DNA of 40,704 nt from sequence record SRR9188676_834; one strand, 5' to 3'. Numbering within the stretch: position 1 is the stretch's first letter; the number at the start of each line of letters is the position of its first letter. This document shows, in pieces, positions 7,837-17,272 of this stretch. A model generated the notes under the pieces. It did no database searches. It saw only the letters and a list, made by a program, of their open reading frames with translations, and was not told the origin of the DNA. The position numbers were made by a program, and so were the translations under genes.

Positions 7837-8793
7837 TTATCCTATAATCTTCTTTAAACTTGCTAAGATTACCACAATTCCAACCATAATCATCAAGGCT
7901 TTTACTGGCAATTTACTTGATAAACGTGCTGCAATTGGCGCTGCTACGATTCCACCAAGGATTAATCCTAAAATTACTTGCCACTGCGAGAAACCGATGA
8001 CAAAAATGAAAGTTAATGATGAAGAAAGAGAAATAAAGAATTCAGCCAAGTTGACCGAACCAATGGTATATTTTGGATGACGACCCGAAGCAATCAAAGT
8101 AGAAGAAACAATGGGACCCCAACCTCCACCGCCGATAGAATCCATCATTCCACCAAACCAAGCTAATGGTCCAATCATTTTTACGTTTTTCTTTTGTTGT
8201 CGTTTTACCAAAGCTTTCTGAATAATTACAACACCCAGAATTAAAGTATAAACTGAAACTGCTGGTTTTACATAGTGCATATAACTTTCGGCTAAAGTAG
8301 AAAGTGCATAAGCGCCCAAAACTGCCCCAATTACTCCCGGAATTAATACCGCTTTAAATAATTTAGAGTTTACATTTCCAAACTTCAAGTGCATATAACC
8401 TGAAACACCACTTGTAAAAATTTCAGAAGCATGAACACTCATCGAAATAACTGCAGGAGAAACGCCAACATTCGCTAAAAAAGTAGAAGCTGTAACACCA
8501 TAAGCCATTCCTAACGCTCCATCAATCATTTGAGCAATAAAACCACCTAGAATATAGTATAAAATATCTGAATTGATTTCCTGTAAGCCTGTAGTGATAT
8601 TTTGAATGGTGAGATACGTAAAAACGAAATATCCTACTATCATTAAAGCCAAGGCATTGAAAAAGTGTATGGCTACTTCATAAATTGTTCTTTCTCGTTT
8701 CCAAATTTTAATAATTGCCTCCTCAAAAGGGTTTTTAGAAGACTTCTTTTTTTCAACAACTGGTTCTAGTTGAGCCGGCGATTCTATTTCCAT
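7837..8793 (-). CDS. Sulfite exporter TauE/SafE family permease
   Basis: GFIAQMIDGALGMAYG and DSIGGGGWGP motifs; multi-TM. Confidence 0.9.
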   Translation of the reverse strand: MEIESPAQLEPVVEKKKSSKNPFEEAIIKIWKRERTIYEVAIHFFNALALMIVGYFVFTYLTIQNITTGLQEINSDILYYILGGFIAQMIDGALGMAYGVTASTFLANVGVSPAVISMSVHASEIFTSGVSGYMHLKFGNVNSKLFKAVLIPGVIGAVLGAYALSTLAESYMHYVKPAVSVYTLILGVVIIQKALVKRQQKKNVKMIGPLAWFGGMMDSIGGGGWGPIVSSTLIASGRHPKYTIGSVNLAEFFISLSSSLTFIFVIGFSQWQVILGLILGGIVAAPIAARLSSKLPVKALMIMVGIVVILASLKKIIG

Positions 8794-8814
8794 AAAAAAT
8801 TAAATTCTTTGTTT

Positions 8815-8858
8815 CCTACAAAGTTAATAGAGTTAAATTAATCTACAAAACAAGTAGA
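8815..8858. promoter_or_regulatory. Two tandem TCTAC-N7-GTAGA-type palindromes (Rrf2/CymR-like operator) overlapping the tauE -7 element
   Basis: CCTAC-AAAGTTA-ATAGA (8815-8831) and TCTAC-AAAACAA-GTAGA (8842-8858); TAACTTTG on the minus strand at 8819-8826. Confidence 0.55.
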
Positions 8859-8926
8859 GTAATTATTTTAAATTTAATCTTTAGTAAATAAATACTTATT
8901 TTGTTATTCAATAAAAATCATTCGAG

Positions 8927-9790
8927 ATGAAGTGGATAACCCGTGAAAAACCAAAAATTGATAGAATTGCCTGTCCGTGGCTGATAAAGAAATATATAGA
9001 CACTGAAGCTGAATTTATTTTTGTGCCTTTTGATGAAGTTATCACTCAAGCTACCTTGCTGAATGCAATTCCTTTTGATGTTCCGAATGTTGAATTATCG
9101 CACCAATTGGGTTTATGTACTTTTGATAGCTTGATTGAAAAATATGCAATTGAAGATGAAGCTATTCACACAATGGCGACAATTGTACGTGGAGCCGATA
9201 CAGACAGACATGACCTTGCTCCACAATCAGCAGGTTTGTGGGCAATCGCTGCTGGAATGGCGCACAATATTCAAGACGACCATGAATTGCTAAAACAAGG
9301 AATGATAATTTATGATGGTTTATACAGTTGGGCGAAGTATCTACAATCTGTAAAGCATTTCCAAAATCCTTTTGAAAACCTATTGGTCAACGTTTTTCAA
9401 AAAGTATTTCAACCTGATGCAAGAAATAATCGTAAAACGCCAACTTGGGCAAAGGAGTTGAAAGACATTATTCAAGACCAGATTGATACAAATCTTACTT
9501 TGAGTTTGAAAGAAATTTCAAAAGAATTAGAAGTAAACCCCGCTTATCTTTCCAGAGAATTTTCTAAATACTTTGAAGATTTATCATTTGGCGAATACAT
9601 CCGAAAACTAAGAATTGAAAAGGCAATTGATTTAATGAGTACTTCAAATCATTCATTAACAGAGATTGCCTATTTAACAGGTTTTTCTGACCAAAGTCAT
9701 TTTACACGTATTTTCAAAAAACATACAGGCGAAAATCCTTCTATTTTCAGAAAAAATATTTCTAAAAGTAAGTTTGATACAAAAAGTTAA
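8927..9790 (+). CDS. chrB: Chromate resistance protein ChrB domain fused to an AraC-type HTH
   Basis: MKWITREKPKIDRIACPWLI...CTFD...IVRGADT ChrB-type motif; C-terminal LTEIAYLTGFSDQSHFTRIFKK AraC HTH. Confidence 0.9.
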   Translation: MKWITREKPKIDRIACPWLIKKYIDTEAEFIFVPFDEVITQATLLNAIPFDVPNVELSHQLGLCTFDSLIEKYAIEDEAIHTMATIVRGADTDRHDLAPQSAGLWAIAAGMAHNIQDDHELLKQGMIIYDGLYSWAKYLQSVKHFQNPFENLLVNVFQKVFQPDARNNRKTPTWAKELKDIIQDQIDTNLTLSLKEISKELEVNPAYLSREFSKYFEDLSFGEYIRKLRIEKAIDLMSTSNHSLTEIAYLTGFSDQSHFTRIFKKHTGENPSIFRKNISKSKFDTKS

Positions 9791-9857
9791 TTACGTTCTA
9801 TTTTACAGAGGATTAATCTTGGAGTTTTGTAAAAGTTAAATTTTAATATTTTTTACA

Positions 9858-11015
9858 ATGCCAGCTTATTCACTTCAATCATTGATTTTATACTTTCTGA
9901 AATTAGGTACAACGGGCTTTGGTGGACCAGTTGCTTTGGTGGGTTATATGCAGAGAGATTTAGTAGAAGATAAAAAATGGATTAGTGAAGAGGAATTTAA
10001 AACAGGATTAGCTTTGGCACAACTTGCTCCAGGACCACTGGCGGCACAGTTAGGCATTTACTTAGGTTTTGTACATTACGGCATTATAGGAGCAAGTTTC
10101 TGTGGATTAGCTTTCGTTTTACCTTCGTTTATTATGGTAGTTTTGCTTGGCATTGCTTATCGTTTGTATGGAGGTTTATCGTGGATGCAAGCTGTTTTTT
10201 ATGGCGTTGGAGCTTCTGTAATTGGAATTATTGTATTGAGTGCCTATAAATTAACTATTAAATCTATCGGCAAAATTTCATATAGTTCTTTTCGTGAGCA
10301 TTGGCTGTTGTGGTTATTTTATATTATTGGAGTCGCTGTAACGGCTATTACCCAAAAAGAAGAAGTTTTACTTTTTATTACAGCGGGCTTGGTTTATATG
10401 TTGGTAAAAGCTCCGCCAGCTTGGTTAAAAAACAATCCTTCCCCCAAATCCTTACTGGTTTTAGGCTTTATTGCTGATACTTCAGAATCAAGTACTTTAA
10501 CGAAATTGGCATTATTTTTTGCCAAAGCAGGTACTTTTGTTTTCGGTAGTGGTTTGGCTATTGTACCTTTTCTTCATAGTGGTGTGGTATCGGAGTATCA
10601 TTGGTTAGATGAGAAACAATTTGTAGATTCAGTGGCAGTAGCCATGATTACCCCTGGGCCTGTTGTGATTACCGTAAGTTTCATTGGATACTTAGTAGAT
10701 GGTTTTACAGGGGCTTCGGTTGCGGCAATAGCTACTTTTTTACCTTGCTATCTACTTACTGTTTTGCCCGCTCCTTATTTCAAAAGCTTCTCTAATAATC
10801 CATCTATCAAAGCTTTTGTACAAGGTATTACTGCGGCAGTGGTTGGAGCTTTGTTGGGAGCTGTAATCGTTATAGCTACTCAGAGTATCACAGATATAAG
10901 TACTTCAATCATCGCCTTAACTACAATTGTAGCATTAGTTTATATCAAAAAATTACAAGAACCCTACATTATTGCTATTGCGGCTTTGATTGGACTTATT
11001 TTAAAATCAATCTAA
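9858..11015 (+). CDS. chrA: Chromate efflux transporter (long-chain CHR)
   Basis: Two CHR repeats: GFGGP...APGP and FGSG...TPGP. Confidence 0.93.
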   Translation: MPAYSLQSLILYFLKLGTTGFGGPVALVGYMQRDLVEDKKWISEEEFKTGLALAQLAPGPLAAQLGIYLGFVHYGIIGASFCGLAFVLPSFIMVVLLGIAYRLYGGLSWMQAVFYGVGASVIGIIVLSAYKLTIKSIGKISYSSFREHWLLWLFYIIGVAVTAITQKEEVLLFITAGLVYMLVKAPPAWLKNNPSPKSLLVLGFIADTSESSTLTKLALFFAKAGTFVFGSGLAIVPFLHSGVVSEYHWLDEKQFVDSVAVAMITPGPVVITVSFIGYLVDGFTGASVAAIATFLPCYLLTVLPAPYFKSFSNNPSIKAFVQGITAAVVGALLGAVIVIATQSITDISTSIIALTTIVALVYIKKLQEPYIIAIAALIGLILKSI

Positions 11016-11190
11016 ATGGACAGGAAACAATTTCTTCAAAATAGTTTGATAATTGGTGGAGCAACTATTCTGCCTTCAAACTCTCTTTTTTACCGTTTCC
11101 TTGAATGAAAGCGGTTTAGATAAATTGACTGATGTCAATAGTAGTTTTATTCAACAATGCCCAAATCCAAGATTTGTTTTGAGTCCTTAA
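11016..11190 (+). pseudogene. Frameshifted, truncated remnant of a Tat-signal protein, probably the chr-operon Fe/Mn superoxide dismutase (ChrC-like)
   Basis: ATG directly after the chrA stop: MDRKQFLQNSLIIGGATILPSNSLF; removing one T from the T6 run at 11086-11091 continues ...NESGLDKLTDVNSSFIQQ then degenerates; SOD identity is from recall of similar N-termini and operon context. Confidence 0.5.
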
Positions 11191-11220
11191 TCTAAAATAA
11201 ACATACAAATTATTCCCAGA

Positions 11221-11736
11221 ATGAAAACAAAAATCCCCTTACTTATCTTATTGTTTTTTTTAACTAAAAATGCTTTCGCCCAACAAACTTCAGTCGAAAA
11301 CTCATACCCAAAAGTAGCGGGTTATATGGGAATTTTGCATCCGCTAAATACTTGGTCTGCTGATGGTACAAGTACAGGAAACTTTGGTGCGATTTACACA
11401 ATTGGTTTCCCGACAGGTATCAATATTCTGAAAAGTGATAAAATTGGCTTTAGCTTTGAATTTGTGCCAACGATTCGCTCTGAAAATGGCATAAGCAAAA
11501 TGAACAATTTTCTATTTCATCCGGGAGTAATGTTCCGTTTTAAACATGGACTTACTTTGGTAACACGAGCGGCTTTTGAGACAAGTGGAAGATATGGCTT
11601 TACGCCAGTACTTAATAAAGTAGTGAAGAAAAATAAACACTCTAATTACTTTGTAGCCATTCCATTGCCAGTCCGTTTTGGAAACGACAGACCAACTACT
11701 TATACATTGGGCTTTCAGTTTGGAGTAGGCTTTTAA
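11221..11736 (+). CDS. Hypothetical small outer-membrane beta-barrel protein
   Basis: Signal peptide ending AFA; alternating amphipathic strands; C-terminal GFQFGVGF. Confidence 0.65.
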   Translation: MKTKIPLLILLFFLTKNAFAQQTSVENSYPKVAGYMGILHPLNTWSADGTSTGNFGAIYTIGFPTGINILKSDKIGFSFEFVPTIRSENGISKMNNFLFHPGVMFRFKHGLTLVTRAAFETSGRYGFTPVLNKVVKKNKHSNYFVAIPLPVRFGNDRPTTYTLGFQFGVGF

Positions 11737-11828
11737 ATTAAGAGTGATGAATTGTAAGGGGTGAATTATGAAGTCTAAATGCCAGTAATTAAATTACTTC
11801 GTTTATTTTACAGATACTTCTCATTGAT

Positions 11829-11865
11829 ATTTGTGAGCAAAAAGAATTCCTTTTTGCTCACAAAT
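11829..11865. terminator. Bidirectional intrinsic terminator
   Basis: ATTTGTGAGCAAAAAG / CTTTTTGCTCACAAAT perfect 16-bp arms between convergent genes. Confidence 0.8.
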
Positions 11866-11867
11866 TA

Positions 11868-12455
11868 TTAAGCCAATAATTTCAATGCTTCTTGAATATA
11901 TGACAATCCTTTTTCAGAATATGTTAATGACAATGCAAACTGATGTCCGTGTGCATCCATTTTCAACAAAGATTTTTTAAGAATATTGATTACTTTTTCA
12001 GCATCATGTTTTGTATGAAATTCTTCATACTGAAATTGTAAAAAAACAAGACACAAAGCATTTTCCATTGTTTGTACTTCGGGGTCAGTTTTGATTCTCT
12101 GTTTAAGGACAATCCTCTCAACTTTAGCAATTTCATCTAAGTCAAAACCAACATCAAGTAATATTTCTTTTGCTTTTAAGGCATGAAAAAGCCCCAAATC
12201 TTTACGCCAAGTTAAATACCCAACTCTTCCATCTGGATAACTTTCTCTAGCTATTTCCCAACGTCCAATATGCTGGCATCTCGAAGCAAGTAATAAAGCT
12301 TGGCTTGCTTCTGGTTCTAATTTGAGTACCCAATTGTACAATTGAATCGCCAAAAAATATTCTTGAGGATAGCTTTTTCCCTCCCACTCAAAAACATGTT
12401 TATCGGTTTTGTTATATTCATCAAATTTTTGAAAAGCATTTGCTAGTTTTTCCAT
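11868..12455 (-). CDS. DUF4202 family protein
   Basis: LASRCQHIGRWEIARESYPDGRVGYLTWRK and QTMENALCLVFL motifs. Confidence 0.8.
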   Translation of the reverse strand: MEKLANAFQKFDEYNKTDKHVFEWEGKSYPQEYFLAIQLYNWVLKLEPEASQALLLASRCQHIGRWEIARESYPDGRVGYLTWRKDLGLFHALKAKEILLDVGFDLDEIAKVERIVLKQRIKTDPEVQTMENALCLVFLQFQYEEFHTKHDAEKVINILKKSLLKMDAHGHQFALSLTYSEKGLSYIQEALKLLA

Positions 12456-12806
12456 TATCTTAAAATTGGTTAAGTAATTATCCAGATTTTTGGGTTCTTA
12501 AAGTAAATCTCACAAATAAAAATTTACTAAACAATAAGGCTTTATCCTGACATTTTTAAAATTTCTGTATGGGTATTCACATATTTGCCATAACACACTG
12601 GTAAAAAATGTGTTATCCAATAATTTATAAATATTAATAATTAATAAAATAGCATCTAATACTTATTTTCAGTAACTTAAGTGACGAAAATTCAACATAA
12701 ATAAAACAATGCGTATAACAATATAACTTTTTTTCATTAGTTTGCATTAAGATTGATTTGGAACACCACGCCAGTCAAGTCTTATTAAAACTGCTTTCAA
12801 TTCGAT

Positions 12807-15386
12807 ATGAATAATTTCACTCCGCCAAATGAATTTATTACAATTCAAATTGAAGCCCTACAGGAAAACGATTTTGATCTCGTTCTTGATGTCGCTTCAA
12901 ACATATTTGACTCTTCAGTCATTTGCCTCTCTTTTTTAGGGGTAAAAAGGCAATGGTATAGGTCGGATGATGATACTTCTTTCAATTTCGATTTCAATCT
13001 AAGTAGCTACTTAGTCCAATATCAATTCAGCAATTCTGATGATATTTTCAATATCAAGCATCCTCGAGAAGCCTTTTTTATAGAAAACGGTATAGCGTCT
13101 ATCATTAGTAAAACATTGTATTTATCTAATGGCGCAATATTAGGGCATATTTCGTTACTCAACTCTTCGATTACTGAGCTTTCAGCCAAAGAACAAAAAA
13201 TATTAAGAACGCTTTCCCAAAAAGCAATTGCATTAATAGAACAAAACCAGCTTAATTTAGAGGAACTCGTTTTTGAAAAAAACCAGCTAAAAGTATTACT
13301 AAGTACTACCAATGATTATATCTGGTGTATAGACAAAAATCTTAACCTCATTTCTGCCAACAAAACCTACATTGATACCATCAAAAAACATACTGGCAAA
13401 ATACTAAAAGGTGGAAATTCATTTCTATTAAAAGATTATTATACAGATGAATTAATCGAGTTTTTTAAAGAACAAAGCCAGAAGGCTTTTTTAGGAAATG
13501 CTTTTTCAGTAGATACTTATATTCCTGCCACTAAATGGTATAATGAGCAATGGATGGAAATATCATTCCAGCCAATTTATGAGAATGGACAAGTAGAAAA
13601 ATTAGTTATTAATGCCAGAAATATTACTAAAAGGAAAAAAGACAAAGAAAAAATAAACAAAAGTAAAGAACAATACGAGTTACTTTTCCTTTCTAATCCA
13701 CAACCCATGTGGATTTATGATATTGAAACCCTTGCCTTTTTAGAAATCAATAATGCAGCCATCAAACATTATGGTTATTCAAGAGAAGAGTTTTTACAAA
13801 TGACACTTTTGGATATTAGACCAAAGGAAGATGCTTATAAATACCTCGACCATTCGAATCCAAATGATGAACTAGAGGCAAATCAGTACGAATGGAGGCA
13901 TATCAAAAAAAATGGAGAAACAATTTTTGTACTGATAACCACACATGGTATAATTCATCATGGAAAAAGAGCTCGCCACGTACTCATTAATGATATAACA
14001 GAACAAAAACTTTATCTTCAACTTCTTGAAAATGAAAGAACCAATACGGCGGCACTCATCAATAGTACTGATGATTTGGTTTGGAGTATCGATGAAAACC
14101 AATGTTTAGTTACTGCCAACGATGCTTATTTGAACCTGATTGAACATTTTGGTGGCACTAGAATCAAACAAGGAGATTGTATCAATAATATCAAAGGATT
14201 TGATGATGAAGTAAATTTATACTGGAAATCACTTAATGAAAGAGTTTTATCAGGCGAAACCTTTACCCATGAATTGTATTCTCAAAATGTAGATTCTATC
14301 TGGGGTTCTTGGAGTGAAATCAGATTTAATCCCATCAAAGATGGCGATAAAATCAGAGGTGCAGCGATGTTTGCTAGAAATATCTCTAATCGCAAAGAAA
14401 TTGAACTAGCGCTTGAAACCAATCAAAGAATTTTACTAGAGACTAGCGAAGTAGCAAGAGTTGGTGGTTGGGAAATAGATTTAGTCAATCAAACGGTTTC
14501 ATGGTCAAAAATCACTAAAGAAATTCATGAACTTCCACTAGATTACGATGTAAAAATAGATGAGATACTTCATTTTTACAGAGAAGGCGAAAACCGAGAA
14601 AGAATTAGAAAATTAATTGATACAGTAGTTGCTGAAGCGAAAGATTTTGATTTTGAAACCCCAATTATCACAGCAAAAGGCAATGAAAAATGGATTAGAG
14701 TAAAAGGTGGAGTAGCAACAATTGAAGGCAAATCAGTTAGGATTCATGGAATGATTCAGGATTTAGAAGATATTAAAAAGTTTGAAGTACTTCTAAAAGA
14801 AACAAGTGAAATTGGGCGTGTAGGTGGTTGGCAGTATGATATTCCTACTAAAAAAGTTACGTGGGGCTCCATCACAAAAGAAATTCATGAAGTACCAATC
14901 GACTATGAACCTACTTTTGAAAGTAGCATGAGTTCTTATAAAGAAGGTGAAAGCAGAAATGCTATCATTGAAGCCGTGAACAATGCAATACATTCAGGAA
15001 CACCATACGATTTAGAAGTACAAATCGTTACTGCTAAAGGAAAAGAAAGATGGGTAAGAGCTAAAGGAAGAGTAGAACTAGCCCAAGGCAAACCAATAAG
15101 ATTGTATGGAATGATTCAAGATATTAACGACCAAAAGAAACATCTTGGAGAAATAGAAGCACAAAATAAACAACTCAGAGAAATTGCATGGATGCAGTCG
15201 CACGTTGTGAGGGCGCCAGTGGCACGTATCATGGGAATTATCAATTTATTAAACGATTTTGATAGTGTTGAACTAAGTAAGGAAGAACTTCTGCAAAATA
15301 TTCTTGATTCTGCTTATGAACTTGATGGAATTATTCGAAAAATCAACAACACGATTAAAACAGATCACAACAATATTTTAATATGA
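12807..15386 (+). CDS. Multi-PAS (S-box) signalling protein with degenerate GAF-like N-terminus and C-terminal HisKA helix but no HATPase domain
   Basis: Repeated PAS/PAC motifs (NITKRK, DITEQK, GGW..D, QDI); ends SHVVRAPVARIMG...ELDGIIRKI with no G-boxes. Confidence 0.85.
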   Translation: MNNFTPPNEFITIQIEALQENDFDLVLDVASNIFDSSVICLSFLGVKRQWYRSDDDTSFNFDFNLSSYLVQYQFSNSDDIFNIKHPREAFFIENGIASIISKTLYLSNGAILGHISLLNSSITELSAKEQKILRTLSQKAIALIEQNQLNLEELVFEKNQLKVLLSTTNDYIWCIDKNLNLISANKTYIDTIKKHTGKILKGGNSFLLKDYYTDELIEFFKEQSQKAFLGNAFSVDTYIPATKWYNEQWMEISFQPIYENGQVEKLVINARNITKRKKDKEKINKSKEQYELLFLSNPQPMWIYDIETLAFLEINNAAIKHYGYSREEFLQMTLLDIRPKEDAYKYLDHSNPNDELEANQYEWRHIKKNGETIFVLITTHGIIHHGKRARHVLINDITEQKLYLQLLENERTNTAALINSTDDLVWSIDENQCLVTANDAYLNLIEHFGGTRIKQGDCINNIKGFDDEVNLYWKSLNERVLSGETFTHELYSQNVDSIWGSWSEIRFNPIKDGDKIRGAAMFARNISNRKEIELALETNQRILLETSEVARVGGWEIDLVNQTVSWSKITKEIHELPLDYDVKIDEILHFYREGENRERIRKLIDTVVAEAKDFDFETPIITAKGNEKWIRVKGGVATIEGKSVRIHGMIQDLEDIKKFEVLLKETSEIGRVGGWQYDIPTKKVTWGSITKEIHEVPIDYEPTFESSMSSYKEGESRNAIIEAVNNAIHSGTPYDLEVQIVTAKGKERWVRAKGRVELAQGKPIRLYGMIQDINDQKKHLGEIEAQNKQLREIAWMQSHVVRAPVARIMGIINLLNDFDSVELSKEELLQNILDSAYELDGIIRKINNTIKTDHNNILI

Positions 15387-15784
15387 AACTCAATTTATTA
15401 ATAGTAGATGACGACAAAATGGTGCAAACATTGCACTCGATTATAGCAAAAAAAAGTGGACTTACAGATTCTCCAATAAATTTTGCCGATGGACAACAAG
15501 CATTTGATTATATTATTAAAAACAATGGAGATGATGCCTATTTAATATTGCTCGACATCAATATGCCTGTAATGAATGGATGGGAATTGTTAGAAGCCTT
15601 GAAAAAACAAGCCCTGAAAAATCAAATTTTTGTGGTAATGGTAAGTTCTTCAATTGATCAACACGACCTCGACAAAGCAAGTACTTACGAACAAGTAATT
15701 TCTTATGTATCAAAACCTTTGACTAAAGATATTCTGGAAGGATTAAAAGCCCAACAACAAGTAAAACGCTTTTTTGAGCATTAA
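15383..15784 (+). CDS. Single-domain response regulator (CheY-like)
   Basis: IVDDD, LLDINMPVMNGW, SSS and KP motifs; 4-bp overlap with the upstream gene. Confidence 0.92.
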   Translation: MKLNLLIVDDDKMVQTLHSIIAKKSGLTDSPINFADGQQAFDYIIKNNGDDAYLILLDINMPVMNGWELLEALKKQALKNQIFVVMVSSSIDQHDLDKASTYEQVISYVSKPLTKDILEGLKAQQQVKRFFEH

Positions 15785-15803
15785 AATTAGCCTTCCAAGT
15801 CAC

Positions 15804-15851
15804 AAAATGGAATTAATGAAAGTTTAATCTTTTATTAATTCCATTTTTTTT
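15804..15851 (+). terminator. Intrinsic terminator
   Basis: AAAATGGAATTAATGAAAG / CTTTTATTAATTCCATTTT followed by T-tract. Confidence 0.75.
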
Positions 15852-16386
15852 GAAATTTATTTTAAGTATTTATACTTATTTTAATTTTATTTTTTAGGTC
15901 TAAAAATGTATTTATAAGCTTAAAAAAAGCTGTTATTTCTTATTTGTAGCTTAAAATTCAATACTACCTTTTATATAAAAACATTGATTTCATCATTTCA
16001 AGGGCATTTTTACAGCCAAACACTTTATAAAAGTTCAAAAATATTTTTTGTTTTATCAATTTTCTCCATCCTACTATTTCAAGTAGCAATTAGCTATACT
16101 TCTTCTCACCTAAAAGGTAATTTCACAAAATAGCCTATATTTTCTATCATATTTCATTAAAAAAAACTGTAAATAGCTAAAAACCAGTTAAAAACTTCAG
16201 CTTTCATCCTTCAAATCCATCATTTGGCAATCAAAATTTTTGGTTGCAACTTTCGTTATCTAAATACAATAAGTGTTTTTACTCATACTTATTACAAGGC
16301 TCTGTAAGATTTTATTTTCAATACTGAGGCTTTCTGGAAAAGTAAATTCTGAAACAAAACATACAAAACTTAAACATTACATTGTC

Positions 16387-16749
16387 ATGAAATCTAAATT
16401 TTTTTGGGCGGGCTTGTTACTGGTAGCAAGTTATGGTTCGTTCGCTCAGGAGGTTCCTTCAGGTGACCCTGGGTATAGCACAAGCAATTACAAACATCCT
16501 AATAAAGCAGCTGCGGCAGCTAAAAAAAATAAAAAAGGTTTTCCAATCAGTGAAAATGTCGCAATCAATAGGAATTACAAACAGGCAGGTACTCAGACAA
16601 CTGAAAAGGGCTTGAGTATTATTAGAAATCAGCCAAAAGAAGAGTACTTAACTTGGCAAAACCCTAAAATGCCTTTTACTAAAAAAGTAGTAAAAGACGC
16701 TGAGTTGGCGAACGATACCATCAGAAAGAACGATATAACTATCGACTAA
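16387..16749 (+). CDS. Hypothetical small secreted basic protein (YSTSNYKHPNKAAAA motif)
   Basis: ATG 16387 gives signal peptide MKSKFFWAGLLLVASYGSFA-Q; preferred over the GTG at 16273; followed by a terminator. Confidence 0.75.
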   Translation: MKSKFFWAGLLLVASYGSFAQEVPSGDPGYSTSNYKHPNKAAAAAKKNKKGFPISENVAINRNYKQAGTQTTEKGLSIIRNQPKEEYLTWQNPKMPFTKKVVKDAELANDTIRKNDITID

Positions 16750-16770
16750 TTTTCTGATTCCTTATCAAGC

Positions 16771-16817
16771 AACCTCCTTATGAACGTTTTCAACAGACAA
16801 TCATAAGGAGGTTTTTT
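16771..16817 (+). terminator. Intrinsic terminator
   Basis: AACCTCCTTATGA / TCATAAGGAGGTT followed by T-tract. Confidence 0.8.
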
Positions 16818-17272
16818 ATTTGGCATAAAACAAAAATTGAACTATTTCGATTCAAATTAATACTTATCTAATATTAATGACCGTAAACTAAAAAATGAAT
16901 TAACATTTGGTTTCGGCATACTAAATTACATGAGTAAATAGTTCTACACCACTCTATTTATACCTCAATAAACTTCTCTCATTACTTTATCTTATAAATT
17001 CAGATTAATTTAATAGCATTACTAGTTGTAACTCTTCCTTCAATCTCCCAAAAATCCTAAGTCTTATTTCAAAAAAAAAATAATTCTCTTTCATCCTTCA
17101 CTTTTAGGCTTCTATCAAAAACACAGTAAAATATTGCCGAGCTTTTTATTTTTTATCTCTTTGTTAACAAACTTTTATGTAAGTTGTAATATCAATCAAT
17201 CACGCTTTATATAATCCTTATATTTAAGAGTTCTTTTATTGATTCAATGGCATTAAAATAATCTGAATAAAA

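Noticed and set aside
16273-16386. GTG-initiated extension of the secreted protein
   Set aside because: A canonical signal peptide starts at ATG 16387
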